Assembly (NCBI RefSeq): GCF_000143415.4
Contig: NW_003314268.1
Coordinates: forward strand, 3,604,559-3,668,558
From: Selaginella moellendorffii
Taxonomy: Eukaryota; Plantae; Lycopodiophyta
Reading direction: 5' to 3'
DNA length: 64,000 bases
This document shows positions 36,116 to 48,705 of the stretch, piece after piece (within the stretch, counting starts at the first letter, position 1; each line of letters begins with the position of its first letter). The notes under the pieces are model-generated. The model made no database searches. It was not told where the DNA came from and saw only the letters and a list, made by a program, of their open reading frames with translations. The position numbers were made by a program, and so were the translations under genes.

Positions 36116-37044
36116 GGCTTGTGTCATTGTTGTTTTCGAGTTTTACTTTTATAACTTATGGGATTTTAAAAGTAAATTGCATTTCTAATTCCTTTTACTT
36201 CTTATGTAATTCATTTTCATCTAGATGTTGTGCTAAAACAATTTTTTAATTTGTATGGTATAAATAATTTATTCTGTCAAACTTCTAAAACTAAAAAATT
36301 CTTATTATCAAAATTGTTACTAAATATTTTAAAATGTTGTTAACATGCACTATGTTGATGACATTTTAAAGGCATTTGTTTTTAATGTCAAGCATAACAT
36401 TTATGTTCAATATAACTGCTAAAATTTTATTGTAAAGCTTAATGAAGAAGAATAATTTTTTTAGTTCTACCTCCTTTGCATCTTCCTACATAAATCAATT
36501 ATTAAATTTTAATAAGTTTCAAAATATTTTTACTATCAAATCAATGTAAGTTTTTATTGGTGCATAATTAATTACAGTATCTAGTGTTTTAAATTAAAAT
36601 AAATTTTTAGTTCAAAAATAATTTTTATTTTTTAATTTATAAATTACTCATAAAATAATCAATGGTTAAAACTTTGGTGTTTTGATCCTAATTAATTTAC
36701 ATAGCATCACAATATAATTTACAACTAAAAGAAAAAAAAATTAAATAAACTCTCACTCAGTTTGGTTACCTAGTGACGAGGATGATATTATGGTTACAAT
36801 GATTAATTTGAAATAAAAAACTAATTATTACAATCTCGATTGATTTAATTAAAAAAACTAGGAAATAATTTATCCTCCACTCTAACTTTATAAAAACAGT
36901 TTAACTACCTTTAATTTCAAAAATTTATACATTAAATTTTACTAACTTTTGTGATTTTTTCATTACATATATATGCCCTAAGTTATTAAGTATTTTCATT
37001 CTATTGTTTAATCTTTTTTATTTTTATATTAAATAAATTAATAT

Positions 37045-37218
37045 TGTGAGTGCATGGAATATGGAAAGGGAATACAGAAATGTGCATATCAATTAACCCA
37101 AAAACCCTAGCTTATATACAGGAGCGAGTGGTCCGGATTGAAACCAATCCGACGGCTACCAAAATCCACTACGCTAATATTAGTATATGGCATCGTAGCC
37201 GTACACTTGGCCCTCACA
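37045..37218 (-). repeat. Gypsy 3' LTR
   Basis: TGTGAG...CTCACA; 6 substitutions versus 41931-42104. Confidence 0.96.
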
Positions 37219-37250
37219 TCATCCCCTCCTCTCGGAATAATGGAAGGCCG

Positions 37251-40200
37251 TTAGGGTTCTCTTGTAGATAGGCCGGGATCTGGAGGAACGTCAGGAGGAG
37301 GCATCGGCGGATCTGTAGACGGTATTAACTGCTCCTGATCCCTTTGTATGAAGCGTTTTAACCGCTGCACATGCACAATCTCCGGAGGATCGGTTTGCTG
37401 AACGTCATGCCGAACCTCATAAACTTGCAGTCCAACTTGCCGCAACACTCGATACGGTCCTTTCCACTGCGCAAGGAGCCCCTTAGATAAACCACGTACC
37501 GTAAGATGGGGAAAACGAACTAACACCAAATCATTCACTTTGTACTCCACAGGTGGACGATGATGGGAGTTGTAGCGCCGTTGTTGTCCCACTTGTACGC
37601 GGCCTAAGTGTTCGGCAGACTCTGCTCGGACAAGTGGAAGAATGCTTGTCAAATACTAATCCCATGACCTAGCATCAGGAGCTCGTGGCAATCGCGAAGG
37701 TAAACCCAACTCTGTTGGTAATATTGGATCATGACCATATAGAAGTTTATATGGTGAAGCACCAATAGAACTTTGCACCCCTGTGACATAGGCATATCGA
37801 AGAGACGGCAAATAACCATCCCAATCCGAATGCTGGAAGTTCACATACTTCGAAATCATCCCTTTGAATGTCCGAACGAGCCGTTCCACCAGACCGTCTG
37901 ATTGTGGATGATAAGCACTCGTAAAAGTGTGGCGTATCCCCAACCGAGATGTCAAAACATGAAATACCTCAGCCATAAATGTAGGACCAGTATCCGAAAG
38001 AATCCGCTCTGGACAGGAATGCTGGAACACCACTCGATTGAGGAGGAAGTATCCAACAGCAGTTGCAGAGGCGCTAGCAAGTTCACCAACTTTCACCCAA
38101 CGAGTCAAGTAGTCAGAAGCAATAATAACATACTCATTGCCAGCAGTCGATCGTGGAAAAGGTCCCATAAGATCAAACGCCACAAACTCAAACGGACGGG
38201 AAACTGCAATTGACTCCAACCGTCCTTCCGCAGCACAAGGGGGAGTATTACGAGCTTGGCACCAAACGCAGCTACGCACATACCGGATAATATCACGTTG
38301 CATCTCCGGCCAATAGAAAGACCTGCGCAGCTTCTCGGTGACACGACGGTGTCCCATATGCCCACCTAGAACAGGAGAATCATGGTAGGCATGGAGAAAC
38401 CACGGAATAAACACCGAAGGTACCACCAGTCGTAAATGATCATCAAGATCCGTCCCCACAAAATAAAGAAGGCCATCTTCAAGGCGATATTGAGAATGTA
38501 AATGCCGGAAAAGCAAGTCATCAGCAAGTGATGCAGGATTCTCAAACCCATCTCGAAGCCTTCGAATCCACGGCTCAATCTTTTGAGCCTCGCGAACCTC
38601 CTCAAGAGAAGGCAGATCTTGCTCTGCACCCTGTGGACACTGAACGTCAAGGACAGCAACCGCCGACGGCACAGAATCCTCATCTAGAAAATCCACAGAT
38701 GCTGGAACAACAGGTTCGTCAGAATGATGAGAAGTGAGTGGAGAAGGAAGAGGAGCTCGAGAAAGGGCATCAGCATCAGCCATAGAACTCCCTGGGCGAT
38801 GAACAACATCGAAATCATATATCTGAAGCTTCAAAGCCCATCGAGCCGTACGACCAACCAGGTTCTTCCGCTTCAATAATGAAGTAACAGCAGCATGGTC
38901 ACCTTCAAGTAACGTCCGAGAACCATGTAGATATGCATGAAGTTTCTCAAAACCCCAGACTGCTGCTAAACACTCCTTCTCCGTCGTGGAGTAGTTCATC
39001 TCCGCTGGTTGTAATGTACGGCTTATGTATGCAATGGGATGGCGCTGACCAGGCACACTCGAGCTCTCTTGCATCAACACACCTCCAAGACCAATGTCAG
39101 AAGCATCCACGCACAAAATAAAAGGTCGAGTGTAGTCAGGATATGCCAAAACCGGAGGAGTCGTCAATAGCTCCTTGAGATCCACGAACGCCCGCTCACA
39201 ATCCGGAGACCAGATGAAAGATGACGTTGATGACTTCAGCAACGTTCGCAATGGTGTAGTGCGATCGGAAAGATGATCCACAAAACGACCAAAATACTAC
39301 ACCTTACCCAAAAAGCGCTGCACATCATTCACACACTTCGGAGTAGGGAACTTTAGAACAGCCACAAGTTTGTCAGGATCAACTTGCAAACCCTCACAAG
39401 AAATACGGTACCCAAGATAAGTTGTGTCCTTGGACCCAAACACGCACTTCGACCGCTTCAGCTTTAAACCAACGTCGCGTAGCCGATCCAACACTTTACA
39501 AACATCACGAACGTGCTCCTCCCACGTCCCCTCCGAGTGGATCAAAACATCATCAATGAGGTCAGCAATCACCTCCAGCATATCGCAAAGAACCTCGTCC
39601 ATCATCCGCTGGAAAGTTGCTGGAGCATTGTTCAAACCAAACGGCATCACCAAGAAGTCGTACAAACCAAATGGTGTACGAAAAGCAGTCTTAGGAATAT
39701 CTTCTTCGGCCATCGGTACTTGCCAATACCAAGAAGCAAGATCTAGCTTGGTGAACCAACGACTCCGTCCCAGACGATCCAAGAGATCAGCAGTGTGAGG
39801 AAGAGGATACATATCTGGGATCGTCACTTCATTTAACGGACGATAGTCGATGCAGAAACGAATACTCCCATCAAGCTTCGTCACAAGATGAGGTTCACAT
39901 GCCCAAGGACTCCGTGACTTCCGAATAACACCCTTTTCCAGCATTTCCTTGACGTTTGCTCGTAAAATTTTGATCTCCTTAGGTGACCGACGACGAACAG
40001 GAACCTTGATTGGACGAGCATCCCCGGTTGGAATTGGATGACGTGTGGCAATCTTGGCCCCAGACGATAGGTCAAATTCAAAGAGATCAGAATACTCCTT
40101 CATGAGCCGGTCAACTGCTACAACACAAAGATCGTCGTAGGGATCGGAAAAGGGAAAAACAGAACAAGATGAAAACACAGAAGGAAAGAGTGGGGAAACA

Positions 40201-40739
40201 AAAGTAATGGAAGCAGAGGTAGAAGTAGAGGGACGAAGAGGTATGGAAGTGAGAGGAATGGATGAAACATAAGGAAGTATGAGACAAGGGGGAGAAGCCT
40301 CAAAGTCACACTTGGCATGATTGCGCTGTAACCAATCCATACCAAGAATGAGGTCAAAAGCTTGACTCGGCACCACCCGCAACGACTGCAACTCAAGTTC
40401 GAGATCGCCCACACGCACAACCAGGTCCACCTCATCCCGTGCACATGCATGTGTACGGCCGTTGCCATAAAGAATGAAAACTGGTTCTGCCGCACGACGC
40501 AAGTGTAGACGACAACGTGTGGCAACAGGTCGAGCAATAGAAGATAAACTCGAACCTGTATCAACCAACACGGAGAGAATAATAGGAGACTTCTTGTTAT
40601 AAAAACGAGCTTGGAAAGTAAACACTGGATGAACTAGTGCCGAGTGAACCCCTTGATGATACTCCCAAAAGAAAGATGGAGGGGTCACTGATTTATTTGC
40701 GCAAGGTCCCTCCGTTACTCGCGCGACTCCTCGTTTCCC
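37251..40739 (-). pseudogene. Gypsy pol (PR-RT-RNaseH-INT) with two in-frame TAG stops
   Basis: ORFs 39297..40850, 37656..39281 and 37251..37652 are in one frame; KTAFRT, MPFGL, DASD, HHCC, YHPQSDG, GPY. Confidence 0.92.
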
Positions 40740-41648
40740 AGATGCATCTCGGTGTCCAGACCTTCCACTGCAGCAACACCTAGGGGACGTTGCTGATGCC
40801 AAGGTCTCCACCCAGGAAATGGAGGTCGCCAATCCAGAAAACAACAGCAACGCCGATAAGTATGACCAACTTCATCACACGCCCAGCAGCGAACATCACG
40901 GCCACGACCACGTCCTCGCGCTTGTCCTTGGACTCGAGCAGCAGCAGCATCAACCTCCATTGGAACAGGACCATCACCCATAGGAAGTGGAGCGGAAGGA
41001 CGTGCAGCGAGAAGTGGAAGAGGCGACGTCTCATAACGTTGTGCCAAGCGAAGAGCATCGTCAAGGGTGGCAGGAGCAAGTGCATGCACAAGTCCGACAA
41101 GATCTTGACGAAGTGCTGGCCACAACATTCCTAGCTTGATCCGCTCCGACATATTTGGCTCCGCACGAAACAAAAGACTTCGGAAACGAACGCCAAATTG
41201 CATCACCGACTCCGATGGCCCTTGGCGAAGACGATGCAATTGTTGGAAAGCATCATCACAATCATCGGCATGTCCGAAGGCGCGTTTGAAGACGTCCGGG
41301 AGAACACTCCAATCCCCACGAGTAGCTGCGCTTAAACCATTGTACCACTGCAACGCCATCCCTTGGAGACACGTGGGAAACTCACGCAATCGTCGAGCAT
41401 CATCCCAAGAATGATATGTGGCAATCACCGTAAAGTGATCGAACCAATGGTACACATCATCCCCAGGATTCCCGCGAAAGAACTTTGGTCGAACGTGAGG
41501 ATTGGCACCAAGAGCAGGAGGAGTTGTACCACGTGCCGTGAACGCCGCCATCAACTGAGTTTGGTTGTTCAATTGCAAGCGCATAGCATCAAGCAATTGA
41601 ACCAACTACTGCTCTAGAGTCAAAGGAGGAGATTGCGGATCGGCCATG
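40715..41648 (-). pseudogene. Gypsy gag with one early TAG
   Basis: Retrotransposon-gag-like sequence, PVPMEVD and CWACDEVGHTYRRC knuckle. Confidence 0.88.
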
Positions 41649-41930
41649 AAGATGAACGAAAAAGAAAGAGCAAAAGAAGAGAAATGACAAAAAAGCTGGA
41701 AAGAAATGGTAGATCTAGACAATGCAAAAAGCTAAATCGAAACCAAAATCCTAAAAGGAAAGAACAAAAGAAAGGAAATGGAAAAAGCTAAATCTAGACG
41801 ATGCAAAAGCTAGATCTAAACCGAAATCCCAAAAAGCTAAATCTAGACGATGCAAAAGCTAGATCTAAACCGAAATCCCAAATCCAAACACTCCCCAGGG
41901 ACAATCAAAGGTGCCCCTCATCTCCACCAA

Positions 41931-42104
41931 TGTGAGTGCATGGAATATGGAAAGGGAATATAAAAATGTGCATATCAATTAACCCAAAAACCCTAGTTTA
42001 TATACAGGAGCGAGTGGTCCGGATTGAAACCAATCCGACGGCTACCAAAATCCACTATACTAATATTAGTATACGGCATCGTAGCCGTACACTTGGCCCT
42101 CACA
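41931..42104 (-). repeat. Gypsy 5' LTR
   Basis: Direct repeat of 37045-37218; adjacent PBS. Confidence 0.96.
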
Positions 42105-43161
42105 ATATTAAATATAATTTACTAAAAAATAGATATAAAAATTTTAAACATTTGTATAAAACAAGAGGAAGGAAATTCTATTTTAATTATTATGCCTTAG
42201 TCTAAATCTTTTAAAATAGAAAATAAAATTAATTTAAATACATAAATATTTATGAAGCTCAAGTATACAACTATAATATTATATACTAATATTTACATAA
42301 TAAGGTTTTGATAACTATTACATTGGTTTCAATTAAACTATTTAGTTTTATATATAAACTAGGGTTTTTGGGCTAATTGATATATATATTCCTATTCCCT
42401 TTCCATATTCTATACTAGTGGAAGTGAGGGCCAATTTTGATTATCTTTGAAGAGTGCTTTAATTTGGGTTGTTTTTTCTCCGTTTCATTCATCTTCATGA
42501 CAAATCAACAACCTCTTCCTTTTTTGACTCTAGAATAGCAATTAATGCATTTGCTTGATGTTATGTGGTTGCAAGTGAACAAACTTAGCTAATAGCAGCA
42601 TTCATAACACATGGTACAATTCTTCCTCCTCTTACTGCCAATCCTTGCAATCCGACTAAAATTCTTCTATAGGAATTTTGGAGATGATATGTACCATTGA
42701 TTCAATCACTATACAATGACTGTCATTTATCATTCTTGAGATAATACTCAATGTTTTTGTGGATTTTTGTACCTCTAAGGGATGGTGTTGTAGTGGTCCA
42801 ATGGTTTATGTGTAACTATTCGTGTGGATTATAGCATTTTCCTGGACGTCTTCAAGCTTGTATTTGAACATGCTAATAATTGAAATGATGCCTTTTAATA
42901 ATTGCATCATCTTCATCAAAGACCATCTAAGTTAATAATGGAATTTGGCATTCATTTTTGGAGCTTTTTACTTTATGTAGAGTTAAATATATCAGAGCGA
43001 TCAAGTTGGGAGTGTTGTGGTTAGCACTTTGTCAAGATCTTGTAGGATTTATATATCCAATTGCTCCAACCCCCCTTAAGAATGTTTTTCAATTCGTGCA
43101 ATATTATAAGACATTACATTTTCCACTTCTTGCTAAATGTTATTTAGCTCCACTTCCTATG

Positions 43162-44573
43162 TGTAAACAACTAAATTTTCCATTCTACTTTAATCACTTA
43201 ACCACACTTCTGACCACTTGGAAGAGTCTCACTCATAACTTCCATAAGTCGTATTCCAGACTTAAGGACTTATTAGCCCTCAAAATGGCATTCATGCCAC
43301 TCAACCATTGCACTTAATCCAAGTGCTCCATTTGTCCGATCCCATAACCGACACCCAAAGGTACCACCAACATATCAGCCCATTACGCTAAGGCCATACC
43401 CATCTTTCACACACCATTGATCTAACACCACCTATATCACAGTCATATCTCTCAAAGACTGGGCCATCCATCCACAAGTGATCATCCCATATCCCTCCTT
43501 AGCATCTTTAGGATGCTTACAAACATAGTGAACAACCTCCCTAATATCCCTTTTTTCAGTCTCTATCAAGTCTTTCTTGTCTATAGCCGTGTTCACCAAC
43601 ATTGCCACTGGGTCAAGGCCCATAGGCTCGACCACTAAGTCCTATTGCCCTTTAGGACTTCCTCACCATGTGACTGTGTCTTTAGTTACTACACTAGAGG
43701 ACTATTTCTTTTTCTTTCCACAATTTAGGACTTTAGGACAACATTTTGGAATATCGTGACTCTACATAAGCCTCATGGGTACTCTCCCCACCTTCCGTCT
43801 TTGGGTGCTCTAGCTATGGGCTTAGAGCGAGGTTCCATTGAGCCATGCCAGGTATCTAAATAGGTAGTGCCACCCACGCTTAGACTAGGAGTATCGACTG
43901 GGGGAACTAGAGTCGGCTCTTGAACACTTCACCAAGTTAATTTATTTGTCCATCCGTATGCACTCTAGCTTTGGACTCCTTAGTGAATATATTATCACCC
44001 AACACCTAAACATAGCCTTCCTGGGTCATATTGGCCTTTCCTGGCCAAATTGGCTCCACTTGGGTTTAACCCCCACACTCTCCCTACTATACTTTTGGAA
44101 CCCCTTGCAGCCCCCTCCCCCCACCCCCACCCCCCTCCCCTTGGGGGCAATCGCTTTCGGCTTTCACCCAACAGACTATATTAGTATTCAGACTCAGACT
44201 TGGATTTGGACTTGGTCTTGGTCTCGGTTTCGAACTCAGTCTCGATCTCTGTCTCGGTTCCATCTCAGACTCCATCTCGAACTCCATCTTGGGTCCATCT
44301 CAAATTCCATTTCGGGTCCATCTCAGACTCCATCTTAGACACTTCCATGTGTCATGTGTTGGTCCTCTTTTGTCCCTTTTTTAGAAACTCACCTATCGTT
44401 CGTTTCGTGCTTGTTCCTCAAACCCTTCGTTGGGAGTTCCACTCTCGCTCTCGACTTTTCGAGTTAGAGCTTTTTAGTCCAAACATGTTACTCTCGTTTG
44501 GCTTCCACTTTGGCCACTACCATGTGGCACCCTTTCGGCTCCACTTTTGGGGCTCTGGGATTTATGTCTCACA
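43162..44573. mobile_element. Solo-LTR-like insertion (1412 bp)
   Basis: TGT...ACA flanked by TSD CTATG (43157-43161 and 44574-44578); host gag resumes afterwards. Confidence 0.8.
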
Positions 44574-44615
44574 CTATGGGAGATAGTTCTGATGGAGGTT
44601 GATGCTGCTGTTATG

Positions 44616-45616
44616 TGTAAGGAACTGACTCCCAGAGGCTAAAGGATCCCCGAAAGCATGACCAAAATGACAAAGAGTTCATCGGATGGGACCGAGTCAA
44701 AGATCGAGTCCAAGACCGACTCTAAGACCGAGTTCGAGATAAAGTCCGGGATCGAGTCCGAGGCTGAATCGGAGACCAAGTTTGAGACCGAGTTCAAGAT
44801 AGAGTCCGAGATCCCAAATCAGGTCCGAGACCGAGACCGAGGTCGAGTCCAAAGTCGAGTCCGAGATCGGGTCCGAGATTGAGTCCGAGAACGAGTCCGA
44901 AGTCGGGTCCAAGATCGAGTCCAAGATCGAATCTGAGACTAAGTCCAAATACTAATACGGGTTAAGGGGTGAAAGCCCAAAGTGTGCGTCTCCCGGGGGG
45001 GGGGCTGCAGGGGGTTCCAAAAGTATAGTAGGGATATTGAGGTCCAGGAACCAGTCTTGAAAGAACTCTCCAATGGTGCTTCCAAACTAACTTGAGGTTG
45101 AGACTGAGGCCAAGGGGCCTTGGGTGGGAGTGAGCATGGGCTTGGGTGGTGCCGAAGGGGCCACCCAGGGAAGTGCTCAAGAGCAACTCCCACTCCCGAA
45201 AGGGAAACCAACTGCAGTGCTCCCGGCTCATGTGGAGTGGTGCCCCACTTGCCGAAGCAAGTGTTGCACCCAAGGCTTAGGATTTAGAGGGTCCCATGAT
45301 CAAGTTTTGTTGTACCAAGGGGTGTAAGGAACTTGGAGGCTTGGTGTGCTTGGCTGCTTGTGCCTGCGGGGAGTGTAGCCGAACCTTAAGTCCAGTCTAA
45401 CCCAAGGAGGGGGATTGGGAGGGATTTGGGAATCTGTGGATGGAAGGCTAACTCTCTGTTGCTCGTGTAGTGAGTAGCTGAAACCAAGTAGGACCAAGTA
45501 GGAGTTGGTACAATAGGCGAAAACCTTGGCGAGGGAACTTAGCACAAGCCAAGGCAGTGTTGGTCGGATAGACGAAGTAAACTAGCAAATTGGAAAGGAA
45601 AAATTTATGGCTTACA
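44616..45616. mobile_element. Solo-LTR-like insertion (1001 bp)
   Basis: TGTAAG...CTTACA flanked by TSD TTATG (44611-44615 and 45617-45621); contains a GAGTCC/GAGATC hexamer array. Confidence 0.85.
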
Positions 45617-48600
45617 TTATGAAGATAAAGGTGAAGACATAATCATGGCCATGATATCTATTGCTGGGCATATGATAAGTTTGGCCACACATATTAGCGG
45701 TTTTGGCATTTTCTAGAACTTTACCTTTATTTCTTGGATGGAGGATTTGGCATTAACAATGTCCTAGTGGTGTTGTTGTAATAGAAAGTGTGGATACCAA
45801 AATTCTTTTAGGAAATGAAGAGTTGTGTAAGTAGTATAGGGTATTTGTGAAAATAACTTAATAACCCCTTTATCCTATTTTTAGGAGTATCACTAAGAGA
45901 TTCACTTGACACCAATTAATCCAATATTTACTTTCCAAATTCGTTTTTATAATAAAAGATATCCTATTATTCTCTCTATGTTAGTTGATGCAAACTTGAG
46001 TTTATCTTCTATTTCTTAGCCTATTGCTATATGTTGCCGTCTATATTTACCATCGTGCAGCAAAATTAGTTTTCATTTTTTATAGCAACAACCATACATA
46101 TGTATATGCATGCAATGAGGCAAATCTAGTTGTGTATTTAGACAATCTTGAATTTAAGTTTTAATCATTACAGGTGGTACCAAGTTAACTTTTTGACCTC
46201 ATCCTTAATATAGATTAGTTGAGGCACAATCATATCAATTATGACTTTGATATTCTCCCCTTTTCTTATACTTACTCATCTTTATTCCATTCCTTTCACT
46301 TTTGTTCTTTTTCTTTATACTTCTACTTTTGCTTCTGTTACCTTTAACTTTTCATTACTTTTTCCTATATTTCCATTTTGCTCTTTTATTCACTTCTAGA
46401 TCCATTAAATGATCTTTGTGTTATAGTAGTTGACCAACTCATTGTTACAAATGTGACTTTGGATATCAAAGGATATTTATTGGTCAATTCTTACAAACAC
46501 TCACTCTTTATTACCATTACAGTCGGAGGTCAATCCTATTAGTTTCTTTTATAATCTCCACTCAAACTAGTTAAAAAACTGGTCATCACATGTGCATTTG
46601 AGTACATGAGTATAAGGATAAAATTCTTAAATGCTATTAGTCATACTTGACTAGGTTAAAGAAATTCATTTGTTAACTTGCACTTGTTAGTGTTAGGAAT
46701 CCCCATAATATTAAGTTTGATCCCTCAATATCATTAGATGATAAGTTATCACATTTACCAAACACTCTTGCTATCATGCCTTTTGTGTTAGTCCTATATG
46801 TTATTTTTAGAATGTATCTAGATCTATTAGTTTGACATATTTATAGAATATAAAGATTGTCCTAAATAGAATTGTGTTATTTTTGCTTCCAGATTTATTA
46901 TTCTATATTTAATAAATTTTCATTATTGTCCCTATTCCAAATGTATAATAGGGATAATGGTTAAAAGTTTGCATATAGATGCTTTAGATATCAATTTTGG
47001 GGGTATCTTAATACAAGACTTAAGTTCATGAGGCTCAAAAGTAAGTTATGGATTTGAAAACTTTATGAGGGCTTTGAAAATTTTACATCATTTACTGATG
47101 ACTTACCATTTTGGTATTTTATATTTTCAATATCACATTAAAGACAACCTTCTTTATTTTATTGAAACTAATCTTGATAATCACTTATGACTGGTGGTAC
47201 CTTCAAGATTTATTCCATGCTTTCTATCATAACTCTTCTAGATGGGCCTATGAGATATCAGCATGTGACTAAGAAGCTATGAAATATTTATTTTCCACTA
47301 GAATAGTTTAAACATGTTTCACGCAACAATCTGGAAGGGCTAGGGTTGTGCAATGGCCATATGCCACATTAAAGTTGTCACGGATTTGAAGGAAATGCCT
47401 GGAGAGAAATGGAAATCCACTCATGGTCTATGGGGAGACATATGATTTTGTAGTTAACTATGCTATTTCTATCATTTCATGCATCCTCTCATTGAGGTCA
47501 TGAAGTATGGCCTTATCAGTTGTCTTGCTGTCCTATTTGGGGGAGCTGCAACATATATCGACAAGCCTGCTTAGCAGCCTTTCCCTCCGTTCCTTGATAT
47601 CTACAAGTTCTTCAGGACACTGATCATCTGTCTACACTGTCCAGGGCCTTGGCCTCCATTGGTGACCCCAACAAGAATCTGGCTCTGTTTTATGGAACCT
47701 TAACTCGAGGAAAACAGAGGGTACCAGAAGCCGTCTAAGATCAGGACGCTGTAGAGCATGGGAGCAACCATCATACAGAGGTCTCGTGCACAAGCAGCAG
47801 TCTTAAGGGATGACATGTATCCGGCACTTATGAGTTGGACCTTGCAAGCCCATGACAGTGCTGGCAAGTGAGCTGCACATGCATCTTAGATACTCAGTTT
47901 AAGTGGTTGAATTCAAATAGTCTAGTACAGCAAGAACTACCAAGATCACTATATAATACATTTCATTTAATGCATTTAACTGTTTAAATGGTCCCAGGTT
48001 ATCGTGTGGTTGTCTGTCCTTCTCAGCAGTTTGTCTAGTGATACAATATAAACAATGATTTTGCTAATGAACCTGATTAGACGTGTCTAATATCATGCAT
48101 GACTGGCTTATACCTTATATACTTTCCTCAACACTGCTTTCCCCATGCTTCTCCTTATCCCCGATTTATAGTGTTTCAAGCATGCCGTGAGAAGAATGCA
48201 CTCGTGATGGTAGTCTAATGGCGCTTTGGGATATATCTGAATGTCGAATGGGAGTTCATTGCTTCTCCATTTGCTACATTTTCTGTCAACCATCTCCGAC
48301 ATAGATTACAGGGAGTGTTAAACTTACTTGGTTGCTCTGAAGGCCAGAATATGACCTAGATGTTCTAACACGATTTCAAACAGCCAGATTTGTTATAAAC
48401 AGTGACTTCAAGAAAGACAAAGAAGCCGAATTTCAAATCCTAGAAAGTGAAAGCGTGGAACCAGGAGTGCCGAGCGAAAATATTTCTCAGCAAACTTTGA
48501 CTGGAGTTGGATCAGACGGACAGCTTTCTTAAGCTAAGCAGGAGTCGACATTCTTGACAAGCGCCAATAGCAATCCCAGTTTAGATTCTCTTAAAATTTC

Positions 48601-48705
48601 TGATTTCCTTAAATCACGCAAAGCCAAAATTCGTCCGAGTTGACCAGGGAATCTGAGTCCGCGTGGTGCCGAAAATTGTTTTGGAGCTCTAGAGCCTCGC
48701 TTGTT

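Larger units (their letters stand above)
37045..42104 (-). mobile_element. Full-length Ty3/gypsy LTR retrotransposon with nonsense mutations
   Basis: 174-bp LTRs at 37045-37218 and 41931-42104, PBS TGGTGGAGATG (tRNA-Ala-like), PPT GAGAGGAGGGGATGA, gag then PR(DTG)-RT-RH-INT, flanking ATAT. Confidence 0.96.
42340..47290 (+). mobile_element. Old, heavily transition-mutated copy of the same gypsy family, opposite orientation, with two nested inserts
   Basis: LTR remnant CTAGGGTTTTTGGG-TAATTGATAT, then gag and pol-like tracts colinear with the reverse complement of the 37-42 kb element. Ends approximate. Confidence 0.8.

Noticed and set aside
44190-44948. Low-complexity ORFs (ESKIES, DSIS, RDRVRD)
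   Set aside because: They are translations of hexamer arrays inside the solo-LTR-like inserts.
47300-48700. Coding-like patches between the old gypsy element and the Dit1-like relic
   Set aside because: No recognisable motif or sustained frame; cannot be assigned without tblastx.
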